From an uncultured Spirochaetaceae bacterium (lineage in GTDB: Bacteria > Myxococcota_A > UBA9160 > UBA4427), in the NCBI GenBank assembly GCA_964435795.1, contig CAYTAT010000002.1, positions 143,898 through 207,897 of the forward strand: a DNA stretch of 64,000 nucleotides, given 5' to 3'. Numbering within the stretch: the stretch's first letter is position 1; the number at the start of each line of letters is the position of its first letter. This document shows positions 26,836 to 35,123 of this stretch, piece by piece. The translations under genes were made by a program, and so were the position numbers. The notes under the pieces are model-generated. The model saw only the letters and a list, made by a program, of their open reading frames with translations, was not told the DNA's origin and made no database searches.

Positions 26836-27147
26836 ATGGCGGACTTGAAAGCGGGAACCCGTCTCAAGAGCGCGGTCTGCAGCACCGAGGTCATGGTGGT
26901 GGCGGCGCCCAAGGAGGCAGTAGAAGTGACGTGTGGCGGAGCCCCGCTCGTCGCGCTCGGGACCGACGCGCCGGAGGGCGTATCGATTTCCGCGGATGCC
27001 TCGGAGGGTACACAGATTGGCAAGCGCTACGTCAATGAAGCCGGGGATCTCGAGATCCTCTGCACCAAGCCCGGCGATGGGTCCCTGGGAGCGAATGGAG
27101 TGGCCCTGACGATCAAGGCCGCCAAGCCCCTTCCCTCATCGGATTGA
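26836..27147 (+). CDS. Small hypothetical protein (103 aa), first gene of the ligase-crotonase-CoA-transferase operon
   Basis: ATG at 26836 follows AGGAGAAAGGAAGAG. Balanced composition (MADLKAGTRLKSAVCSTEVMVVAAPKEAVEVTCGGAPLV...). 15 nt before the next gene. No family recognised. Confidence 0.6.
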   Translation: MADLKAGTRLKSAVCSTEVMVVAAPKEAVEVTCGGAPLVALGTDAPEGVSISADASEGTQIGKRYVNEAGDLEILCTKPGDGSLGANGVALTIKAAKPLPSSD

Positions 27148-27162
27148 TTTGAGAGTCGACCT

Positions 27163-28668
27163 ATGAACCTGATGATGCTTCTCGAAATGGCCTCCCAGGG
27201 CATGGGGGATCGGATCGCCATGGTCAACGGCGAGGATCGCCTCACCTATGCTGAACTCTTCGAGGCGGCCGGCCGGATCGCTGCGCGGCTTCGCGACAGC
27301 GATGTCGAACACCTCGCCGTGCTCGATGTCAGCAGTCTCGCATTGCCGATCGGCGTATTCGCGGCCGCCTGGGCGGGCAAGCCCTTCGTGCCCCTCAACT
27401 ATCGCCTCACCGGGACCGAACTCGACGACCTGGTTGGACAGATTGCGCCCTCGCAACTGGTCACCGATCCGGATCGGGTGGAATCCCTCCGCGATCTCGA
27501 GCGGATCGAGGTAATCGGCCGCGATGAATGCCTGCAGGTGGCCCGGGATCCGGCGAATCAATGCCTGGAGTCCGAGTGGTCGATGGATCCCGACGAGATC
27601 GCGATCCTGCTCTTTACCAGCGGGACCACGGGCCCTCCCAAGGCCGCGGTGATTCGGCATAAGCATCTGGTCAGCTACATCATCACCTCCGTGGAGTTCA
27701 TGTCCGCTGAGGAATCGGATGCGGCCCTGGTCTGCGTGCCCCCTTACCATATTGCGGGCATGGCGGCGATCGCGAGTTCCGTCTACTCCGGCCGTCGGAT
27801 CATCCAGCTGCCCAATTTCACCGCCGAGACCTGGCTCGAGTTGGCTCGCAAGGAGCAGGTCTCTCATGCCTTTGTCGTGCCGACGATGTTGGCCCGGATC
27901 GTCGAATCCCTCGAGGGGCAGCCGGATGCGGGGCTGCCGCATCTGCGCGCTCTCTCCTACGGGGGCGGTAAGATGCCCCAGAGCGTCATCGAAAGGGCCC
28001 TCGAACTCTTTCCGGGAACGGATTTCGCCAATGCCTACGGGCTGACGGAAACCAGTTCGACGATCTCGATCCTCGGCGCGGAGGATCATCGGGCCGCGCT
28101 CGGAAGTGACGATGCCGCCGTGCGCCGCCGCCTCGTATCCGTCGGACAACCCCTGCCGAGCGTCGAGGTCGAAATCCGCGACGAAGAGGGTCGCACGCTG
28201 GGTCCGAATGAACGCGGTGAGATCCATGTTCGGGGAGAGCAGGTCTCCGGGGAATATCTCGGTCGGGGCAGCCGATTGCTCGAGGACGGTTTCTTCCCGA
28301 CCCGGGACGGCGGATCGATGGATGAGGAGGGCTATCTCTTCATCGAGGGGCGTATCGACGACATCATTGTTCGCGGCGGCGAGAATATTTCGCCGGGCGA
28401 GATCGAGGATGTATTGCTCGAGCACGAGGCCATCTCCGACGCCGCCGTGGTGGGATTGCCCGACGAACAATGGGGCGAGAAGGTGGTGGCGAGCGTGACG
28501 TGCAAGGGCGGTGCGGAGACGAGCGAAGCCGAACTCCAGCAGTGGGTAAAGGATCGCCTGCGCTCCTCTCGCACCCCGGAAAGCATCCACTTCTGGACGG
28601 AACTCCCCTATAACGAGACGGGCAAATTGCTGCGCCGCAAGGTTCGCGCCCGGCTGCTCTCGGGCTGA
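27163..28668 (+). CDS. AMP-dependent synthetase/ligase (acyl-CoA synthetase)
   Basis: LLFTSGTTGPPKAAV (AMP motif I), YGLTETS, GEIHVRGEQV, TRDGGSMDEEGYLFIEGRIDDIIVRGGENISP. Confidence 0.9.
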   Translation: MNLMMLLEMASQGMGDRIAMVNGEDRLTYAELFEAAGRIAARLRDSDVEHLAVLDVSSLALPIGVFAAAWAGKPFVPLNYRLTGTELDDLVGQIAPSQLVTDPDRVESLRDLERIEVIGRDECLQVARDPANQCLESEWSMDPDEIAILLFTSGTTGPPKAAVIRHKHLVSYIITSVEFMSAEESDAALVCVPPYHIAGMAAIASSVYSGRRIIQLPNFTAETWLELARKEQVSHAFVVPTMLARIVESLEGQPDAGLPHLRALSYGGGKMPQSVIERALELFPGTDFANAYGLTETSSTISILGAEDHRAALGSDDAAVRRRLVSVGQPLPSVEVEIRDEEGRTLGPNERGEIHVRGEQVSGEYLGRGSRLLEDGFFPTRDGGSMDEEGYLFIEGRIDDIIVRGGENISPGEIEDVLLEHEAISDAAVVGLPDEQWGEKVVASVTCKGGAETSEAELQQWVKDRLRSSRTPESIHFWTELPYNETGKLLRRKVRARLLSG

Positions 28669-29729
28669 TGGAGGCGGGGGGGGAGATGTCGATCTGCTCT
28701 CTTCGCGAAGCGATCGATCGCCTCCGCTCTCCCTATGGCCGAGAGGAATTCGCGACCCTGACGGGATGCGGGGTTCTCATCGTCGACCTGCCCATCGAGG
28801 AAGCCCCGTCGTCGCTCCATGCCGAGGTCGAAGTCGCGCGCCGGGCGCTGAGGGAATTGGCCTGCCCGACGATCGCCCTGCGGGCCCCCGAGATTTCCTC
28901 CCTGGGAGCCGCCCTGGTCGATGCCTTCGACGTCGTATTGGAAGCGGGCGATGGGGGACGGCTGAATGCCCTGCTTCAGTGTGTCGAGGCGCATCCCCGG
29001 GCCTCCCTCGGGCTCGTGCAATTGCTCCGCCACGGCGAGGGTCTCTCCATTCACGAGGGGCTGATCGCGGAATCCCTCGTCTATTCCATGCTCCAGTCGG
29101 GGGCGGAATTTCAGTCCTGGTTGGAGACCCGGAGCCCGGGTCGGCCCCAGGCATCCGATGCGTCGGCCGTCCTCATCGAACGCGAGGGGGATCGACTCGA
29201 TCTGATCCTGAATCGCCCGGAACGCCACAACGCTTTCGGATTGGCGCTGCGGGACGGATTGGTCGAGGGCCTGCAACTCGCGGCAAGCGATTCGAAGATC
29301 GCGGAAATCGTTCTGCGGGGAGCGGGGCCATCCTTCTGTAGCGGTGGCGATCTCGATGAATTCGGAGACTTCCCCGACCCCGCGACGGCCCATGCCGTGC
29401 GCAGCGTGAGAAATCCGGCCCGCCTGCTCTCCGCCCTGGCTCCGCGTACCCGGGCCCGGGTGCATGGGGCATGCATCGGGGCCGGCGTGGAACTGCCCGC
29501 TTTCGTATCCCGGGTGGTCGCGGCCGAGAGTGCCTTTTTTCAGTTGCCGGAAGTCGGCATGGGATTGGTTCCGGGAGCGGGGGGAACGGTGAGCCTGCCG
29601 CGCCGCATCGGGCGCCAACGCAGCGCCTGGCTGGCGCTGACCGGCGAGAGGATCGATGCGCAGCAGGCCCTGGCTTGGGGCCTGGTGGATGCCGTCGTGT
29701 CCGATGGCGAATTTTTCGAGCCGCGATAG
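28668..29729 (+). CDS. Enoyl-CoA hydratase/isomerase (crotonase) family with an extra N-terminal region of about 160 aa
   Basis: LILNRPERHNAFG...VLRGAGPSFCSGGDLDEFG...GACIGAGVELPA in the C-terminal two thirds. ATG overlaps the ligase stop (TGATG, 28666-28670). Confidence 0.8.
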   Translation: MEAGGEMSICSLREAIDRLRSPYGREEFATLTGCGVLIVDLPIEEAPSSLHAEVEVARRALRELACPTIALRAPEISSLGAALVDAFDVVLEAGDGGRLNALLQCVEAHPRASLGLVQLLRHGEGLSIHEGLIAESLVYSMLQSGAEFQSWLETRSPGRPQASDASAVLIEREGDRLDLILNRPERHNAFGLALRDGLVEGLQLAASDSKIAEIVLRGAGPSFCSGGDLDEFGDFPDPATAHAVRSVRNPARLLSALAPRTRARVHGACIGAGVELPAFVSRVVAAESAFFQLPEVGMGLVPGAGGTVSLPRRIGRQRSAWLALTGERIDAQQALAWGLVDAVVSDGEFFEPR

Positions 29730-29788
29730 TTTCGGTGCTTTGCGGGCAGTCGAAAGTCCAGAGGCTGCGAGGGGAGGGGAGAAGATCC

Positions 29789-30994
29789 ATGTCGGGACCC
29801 ATGGAGGGAGTCAAGGTCATCGAACTCGGGGTTTGGGTGGCGGGCCCCGCGGCCGGCTGCATCCTGGGAGATTGGGGAGCGGACGTCGTGAAGATCGAGC
29901 CGCCGGGGGTGGGAGATCCCTCGCGACTCTTCGACCGGCTCCTGGGCGGGGATCTGCCCTTCAACCCGATTTTCGAGATGGACAATCGCAACAAGCGCAG
30001 CGTCGTCCTCGATCTGAGGCAGGATGCCGGACGGGAGATCGCCTACGAGTTGATCGACGACGCGGACGTCTTTCTCAGCAACGTACGCCCCGCCGCCCTC
30101 GAGCGCCTCGGGCTGGATCCGGAGCGCCTGAGGGCTCGCAACCCTCGTCTCATCTATGCGTCGATCACGGGCTATGGCCGCGAGGGCCCGGACGCGGATC
30201 GGGCGGCCTTCGATATCGCGGCATTTTGGGCTCGTTCCGGGATCGCGGCCTCGCTGATGTCGCCCGGGCAGCCGCCCCCCTTCCAGCGGGGAGGTATGGG
30301 AGATCATAATACGGGGCTCGCGGCCGCAGGCGCGATTTCCGCGGCCCTCTTCGAGCGGGAGAGGACCGGTGAGGGCCAGCTGATTGCGACTTCCCTATTG
30401 CGCCAGGGGATGTACACCCTGAGCTTCGATATGTCGGTGAGCCTGCGCTTCGGAGTCGACGTGTTGCCGGGGAATCGCAAGACCATGGGCAATCCCGCCA
30501 TCAACAACTACCAGGATAGCGAGGGCCAATGGTTCTGGATGGTGGGCCTCGACCCCGAGCGCCACTGGCCGGCCCTGGCCCGGGCCGTGGGTCATCCCGA
30601 GTGGATCGAGGATCCTCGCTACAAGGAAAGCGCGGAGCGCGCCATCCATGCGCCGGGGCTGATCGAGGAATTGGATGAGATTTTTGCAACCCGGACCCGA
30701 GAGGAATGGGGTGAGATCTTCGACGCCGAGGAGGATCTCTGGTGGGCGCCCGTGCAGACCCTGCAGGAGTTGATCCAGGATCCCCAGGCCCATGCAGCGG
30801 GGGGGTTCGTCGAGGTGCCCGATGGGGAAACGACGACCGTGCTGCCCGCCACCCCGGTGGATTTTCATGGGCGTGCCTGCGAACAACGAAATATGGCCCC
30901 CGAACACGGCGCCGATAGCGAGGCGATCCTGAAGGAAATCGGACGCAGTCCCGAAGAAATTTCCGCGCTACGCGACGCGGGTATCCTGGGCTAG
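29789..30994 (+). CDS. Family III (CaiB/BaiF) CoA-transferase, canonical layout
   Basis: VKVIELGVWVAGPAAGCILGDWGADVVKIEPPGVGDP, DVFLSNVRPAALERLG, ITGYG, MGDHNTG. ATG at 29789 follows GAGGGGAGGGGAG. Confidence 0.9.
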   Translation: MSGPMEGVKVIELGVWVAGPAAGCILGDWGADVVKIEPPGVGDPSRLFDRLLGGDLPFNPIFEMDNRNKRSVVLDLRQDAGREIAYELIDDADVFLSNVRPAALERLGLDPERLRARNPRLIYASITGYGREGPDADRAAFDIAAFWARSGIAASLMSPGQPPPFQRGGMGDHNTGLAAAGAISAALFERERTGEGQLIATSLLRQGMYTLSFDMSVSLRFGVDVLPGNRKTMGNPAINNYQDSEGQWFWMVGLDPERHWPALARAVGHPEWIEDPRYKESAERAIHAPGLIEELDEIFATRTREEWGEIFDAEEDLWWAPVQTLQELIQDPQAHAAGGFVEVPDGETTTVLPATPVDFHGRACEQRNMAPEHGADSEAILKEIGRSPEEISALRDAGILG

Positions 30995-31014
30995 GCATTC
31001 CGGCCGGGTCTTCA

Positions 31015-31059
31015 AGCATGGAGTGTCGGCGCATGGAGTGTCGGCACATGAAGTCTCGG
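31015..31059. repeat. 15-bp tandem repeat x3 (GCATGGAGTGTCGGC, GCATGGAGTGTCGGC, ACATGAAGTCTCGGC)
   Basis: Read directly in the 85-bp gap between convergent genes. Confidence 0.9.
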
Positions 31060-31079
31060 CGCCGAATTGCGAGCCCGAC

Positions 31080-34000
31080 CTACCAGCGCAGGTAGAGTTG
31101 TGCGGAGAGTACGTGGCGCGTAACGGTATCTCCGATGAAGACGTCGTAGTTGAGTCCCACGAGGGGCACCTTCGAGACGCTCATCACGTAGCCCGTACCC
31201 ACGTGGAAATCGTTCGCATCGGCCGCCACGCCCCGGGTCGTAAAAGCGACCGCCCCCGGCACGGCGTGAAAACGGGCTCGAATGGGGCGTTCGAGGTCGC
31301 CGAATTCCCGTCGCCAGCCCCCGCGGATTTCGGCTTCCAGACCGAATTCTCCCCCCAGCGTGTAGAGGGTGGACAGGCTGAGGCCGAGATCCGCTGTCAG
31401 CATGGAGAAGTTGGCGCCCTCCGCCGTGAGGGAGAGGTCGCCCGCCCCGCTTTCGACGATTTCCCCCCGCGTCATATAGTTGTATTCGAAACGGGCCAGG
31501 GGCCGAAGGGCGAGTCGCTTGGGGTCTCCGAGGCGAAAGAGAATTTCCACCATCCCCCCCGCTTCGTGGCCGCTTGTGTCGCCCCGGGCCCGTCGATCGA
31601 GGGCCCCGAAGGTGATGCGTCGCGTGGTCTCCAACTCGCTATACGCATAGCGTCCCGCCCAGCCGAGGTGTGCTCCCCCATGTTGCCAGCTTCCGTAGAG
31701 CGCGGTCTGGAAGCTATTGGCCTCGCCTCGCATCCCGTGATCTCCCTGGGGCGAATGTCGCGTATATCCGAGACCCATCCCGACTCGGATCTGCTCGGAG
31801 CCGGGCCAGCTGCGGGGCCAGCGGGCATCGATGCCTCCCGAAACCCCATAGGAGCGGCCCTGGATTCGGGAGGGATTGGGGCCCCCATCCTGGCTGCCGA
31901 AGATGCCGAAGCTCTCGAACCAACTGCCCCGCTCGCCCCTACCGCTCCTCGGATCGGAGTCGAGTTCCGGGCTCGAATCCCGGCGAGTGGCCCGCTCGTC
32001 GATGGGGCCGCTCTCGTATTCGTTGGCCCTGAATCGCCGCGATAGCGCTCGCATGAAGGTCTGGGCATTCGCCTGGCGTATATTCGCGAAGGCCGTCAGG
32101 CTTTCGCCCGCTATTTCATCGAGACTCTGGCGCACCTGCTCGGGCGAGAGCACGCTCCAACTGCTTTCGATCACTTCGGAGTCCGCGGAACCCGACGCCA
32201 GCAAATCGTCGAAAGCGGCAGCCGTGGCCGCCTGATTGGGGGTATTCGCGAAACTCGCGGTGCTATTGGTGTTCTTCGCGATTGAGAGGGTGAGCAGTTG
32301 GCCCCCGCCGCTGCCATTTTCGATCTCGGCACTTCCCACGTCGAGAAAAGCGGAATCCGAAGTGACGGTCCCAATGGAGACGCCACTCGCCTCGCAGGCG
32401 GCCGGGGCCGGGGGGCAGATCTGCGCGGCCGTCAGCAATACGTATTCGAATGCCCCTTCGGATGCCAGGGGGTATAGCCCCGGCAGGATCGTCAGCTCCA
32501 CGTCCATTTCGTCGATGAAGACGCTGCCGTCCGCTTCGATCCTCGAGGCCTGATGCAATTGCGGGTTCGTCCCGGCCCTCGGCTGATCGCCCAATGTCAT
32601 GACGAGGGTCGAGGTCGAGTTGAATTCGGCATCTCCGACCAGGTGGATCGTATCGTTCTCGCCGCCGGCCGCGAGTTGTCCATGATTTTCGAGCATCCCG
32701 CCGATTTCCAATGAGGAGAGGCCGTTTTCGAGTCGCGCCCCCTCGGCGATCCGCACTGAAGTCGTATTCTCCAGATTGGCTTCCAGTCGCAGGGTTCCGG
32801 TATCGACCCGCGTCGTTCCCGTATAGTCCTGGGCGCTCCCCAGGGTGAGGGTGCCGCCCCCGGATTTGGCGAAGTTGCCTGCTCCCGTGATCGTTCCCGA
32901 GAATCGTTGGGCGGAAGCGGATGCGAATTCGACGCTGGCCCCGGCCTCGACTTCGATCTGGCCGATGAGACTCTCGGCGTCGCCTCGCAGGATTCCCTCC
33001 GTGATCAGGGTGCCCCCGCTATGCTGGCTCGACCCCAGGAGGGTGAGCGTCCCCGTCCCCCTTTTTTCGAGGCTTCCCGTGCCGCTGATCAGGCCGGAAT
33101 GTTCACCATCGACCGCTTCCTGATCGAAGATGATGCGGGTCGTAGCGTCCTCGAGGCTGATATTGCCCGGGATGCTCAAATGGTTGCCCTGGAGGTCGCC
33201 GCTCTCGATGAAGAGGCCCCCGCTGAAGGAGTTCTGCCCGCTCAATTCGAGCAGTTCGGTACCGGATTTGACCAGCATGCCCTCGCCGCTGATGTCCTCG
33301 GCGTAGACCCCGTCGGCGCCCTGGCTGAGTTCAAGGCGGGCGGCTCCGCCCACGCTGATATTGCCACTGATGGTGTCGGTATCTCCCAGCAGTCGACTGC
33401 CGTCGCCTCCGCGGATTTCGATACCTCCGTCGTGTTCCAGGCCTCCGCTCGAACTGATCTGCAGCGTATGGCTGCCCTCCTTGACGACCTTCCCCTCTCC
33501 GCTCACGAAATTGCTGAAGAGGTGAAAGGTATGGTCGTCCGTGTCTTCGAAACTGAGGACGGCATCCTTCTCGACCACGATATCTCCCGCCGACGAGAGG
33601 GAGTCCAGATCTCCAAGGAGTTTTCCGCTCTTGATTTCGGTGCCGCCGCTATAGGAATTCGTTCCGGCGAGTCTGAGGTCGAAATCCCCTTTTTTGACGA
33701 GTCTTCCCTCCCCCTCGATGGGCGCGGAAATGGTGTGGTCGGATTCGTAGTCGAGGCCGAGGGTTGCGCCGCTATCGATGAGGTAGCGCCCCTCCGAACT
33801 CGAGATGTCGAGGTCGACCAGGTTGGCCTCCCCGGACTTCACGTGTAGCAGGACGAAGTCTTCGGGAACGTCGTCTCCCACCGAGATCAGGAAATTTGTC
33901 GTGCTGCTGGCAGTCAGGTCGACGCTGCGGCTCACGTCCGGATCCGCGGCCTGGAGATCGATCGCCGGAAGTTCCGAATCCAATACCAGGGATAGATTGT

Positions 34001-34211
34001 TGAGTTCATTCGGTTCGAAGACGATCGAGTTGGCGCTATTGGAGCCCGCATTGGCGTCGAGGATCGCCTTGTCGAGGCTGCCGCTGACGAGATCTCCCCG
34101 CGAATTGGTCTCCACCGAAAAGATGTCGGGATCCTCCTGGCCATTGGCCGCCACGGGAAAGTAGAGCAGGCCCGCAGCGAGGAGATGGATCCCGAATTTC
34201 TTCACTCGCAT
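31080..34211 (-). CDS. Autotransporter outer-membrane protein with PATR-type passenger repeats
   Basis: Signal peptide MRVKKFGIHLLAAGLLYFPVAANGQ. At least 5 autotransporter-associated beta-strand repeats (e.g. GGGTLTLGSAQDYTGTTRVDTGTLRL, GTGTLTLLGSSQHSGGTLITEGILRGD). C-terminal beta-barrel ends ..SAQLYLRW. Confidence 0.85.
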   Translation of the reverse strand: MRVKKFGIHLLAAGLLYFPVAANGQEDPDIFSVETNSRGDLVSGSLDKAILDANAGSNSANSIVFEPNELNNLSLVLDSELPAIDLQAADPDVSRSVDLTASSTTNFLISVGDDVPEDFVLLHVKSGEANLVDLDISSSEGRYLIDSGATLGLDYESDHTISAPIEGEGRLVKKGDFDLRLAGTNSYSGGTEIKSGKLLGDLDSLSSAGDIVVEKDAVLSFEDTDDHTFHLFSNFVSGEGKVVKEGSHTLQISSSGGLEHDGGIEIRGGDGSRLLGDTDTISGNISVGGAARLELSQGADGVYAEDISGEGMLVKSGTELLELSGQNSFSGGLFIESGDLQGNHLSIPGNISLEDATTRIIFDQEAVDGEHSGLISGTGSLEKRGTGTLTLLGSSQHSGGTLITEGILRGDAESLIGQIEVEAGASVEFASASAQRFSGTITGAGNFAKSGGGTLTLGSAQDYTGTTRVDTGTLRLEANLENTTSVRIAEGARLENGLSSLEIGGMLENHGQLAAGGENDTIHLVGDAEFNSTSTLVMTLGDQPRAGTNPQLHQASRIEADGSVFIDEMDVELTILPGLYPLASEGAFEYVLLTAAQICPPAPAACEASGVSIGTVTSDSAFLDVGSAEIENGSGGGQLLTLSIAKNTNSTASFANTPNQAATAAAFDDLLASGSADSEVIESSWSVLSPEQVRQSLDEIAGESLTAFANIRQANAQTFMRALSRRFRANEYESGPIDERATRRDSSPELDSDPRSGRGERGSWFESFGIFGSQDGGPNPSRIQGRSYGVSGGIDARWPRSWPGSEQIRVGMGLGYTRHSPQGDHGMRGEANSFQTALYGSWQHGGAHLGWAGRYAYSELETTRRITFGALDRRARGDTSGHEAGGMVEILFRLGDPKRLALRPLARFEYNYMTRGEIVESGAGDLSLTAEGANFSMLTADLGLSLSTLYTLGGEFGLEAEIRGGWRREFGDLERPIRARFHAVPGAVAFTTRGVAADANDFHVGTGYVMSVSKVPLVGLNYDVFIGDTVTRHVLSAQLYLRW

Positions 34212-34245
34212 GGAAGACTCCCCGGGCTGTTGTCGGGTCTCTGCG

Positions 34246-35085
34246 TCAAGGCTCGAATTCCTGGAATTTGCGGCGAAGCGCTCGAGCCGACTTGGTCCTG
34301 CCCAATTGTTCGTAGGCACCCGCAGCGAATCGGTAGAACTCCTTCAATTCCCTGTCGTCGGCCGGGAGTTCGGCTTCGAAGATTTCGAGGGCCCAGCCGA
34401 GGTGCCGATTGGCCTCTCCGGCGTCACCGAGCATCATCGCCGAGGCCGCGAGATTCACGTGTATTTCGCCGACCTCCAATTTCTTGCGGGTGGGAGTCTG
34501 GCCGAGGATGTGAAGAGCCCGGAGACCGTAGGTGCGGACTCTCTTTGGTTCTTCGAGGGTGCGGGCGAGGGGCATCAGGTGCAGCAGGATTTCGGCGATC
34601 TCCGGGTTGTTGCGTCCTCGATGCTTCTCGAGGATTTCCATGGTCCGTACGTAATGGCGTTCCGCTTCCGGCAGGTTCCCCAGAGCGAGTTGGGCCATGG
34701 CCAGCTTGCGAACGGGCAGCAGATTCTTCTCCGCCCATTTCCCATGGTTCTCCCGATAGATCTTGACGGCCTGCTCGAGGGGGCTCACGGAGTCGCGGTA
34801 GCGCTTCAACTGGTAGTTGAGTGCACCGAGGTTGTAGGCCAGGACGCCCGTTTCTTCGTGGCTCCCCCCCAATTCCTCGCTGGCCAGCCGATGGGCCCTG
34901 CGCGCGTAGATCAGCGCCGTGTCGAGGTCCCGCTCCGCGACGGCTGCTCGATAGGATCCATAGGCCTGCTCGTATTCCAGCGCCGATCCGGTTTCCGGGA
35001 GGATGAATAAGAGCCAGGCGGCCGATAGAAGGGCGATCGTGAAGGAGGATCGGAGGGGAGTCAGATCGGGCACGCCGGCGATCAT
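34246..35085 (-). CDS. TPR-repeat protein with N-terminal signal/anchor
   Basis: Hydrophobic N-terminus (FTIALLSAAWLLFILP) followed by repeated TPR-like A..Y..LG...Y....Y..A helices (GVLAYNLGALNYQLKRYRDSVSPLEQAVKIY...). Confidence 0.7.
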   Translation of the reverse strand: MIAGVPDLTPLRSSFTIALLSAAWLLFILPETGSALEYEQAYGSYRAAVAERDLDTALIYARRAHRLASEELGGSHEETGVLAYNLGALNYQLKRYRDSVSPLEQAVKIYRENHGKWAEKNLLPVRKLAMAQLALGNLPEAERHYVRTMEILEKHRGRNNPEIAEILLHLMPLARTLEEPKRVRTYGLRALHILGQTPTRKKLEVGEIHVNLAASAMMLGDAGEANRHLGWALEIFEAELPADDRELKEFYRFAAGAYEQLGRTKSARALRRKFQEFEP

Positions 35086-35123
35086 AGCTTATGCTGAGGG
35101 CGGCTCAGGCCCGCTCTTTCGTC

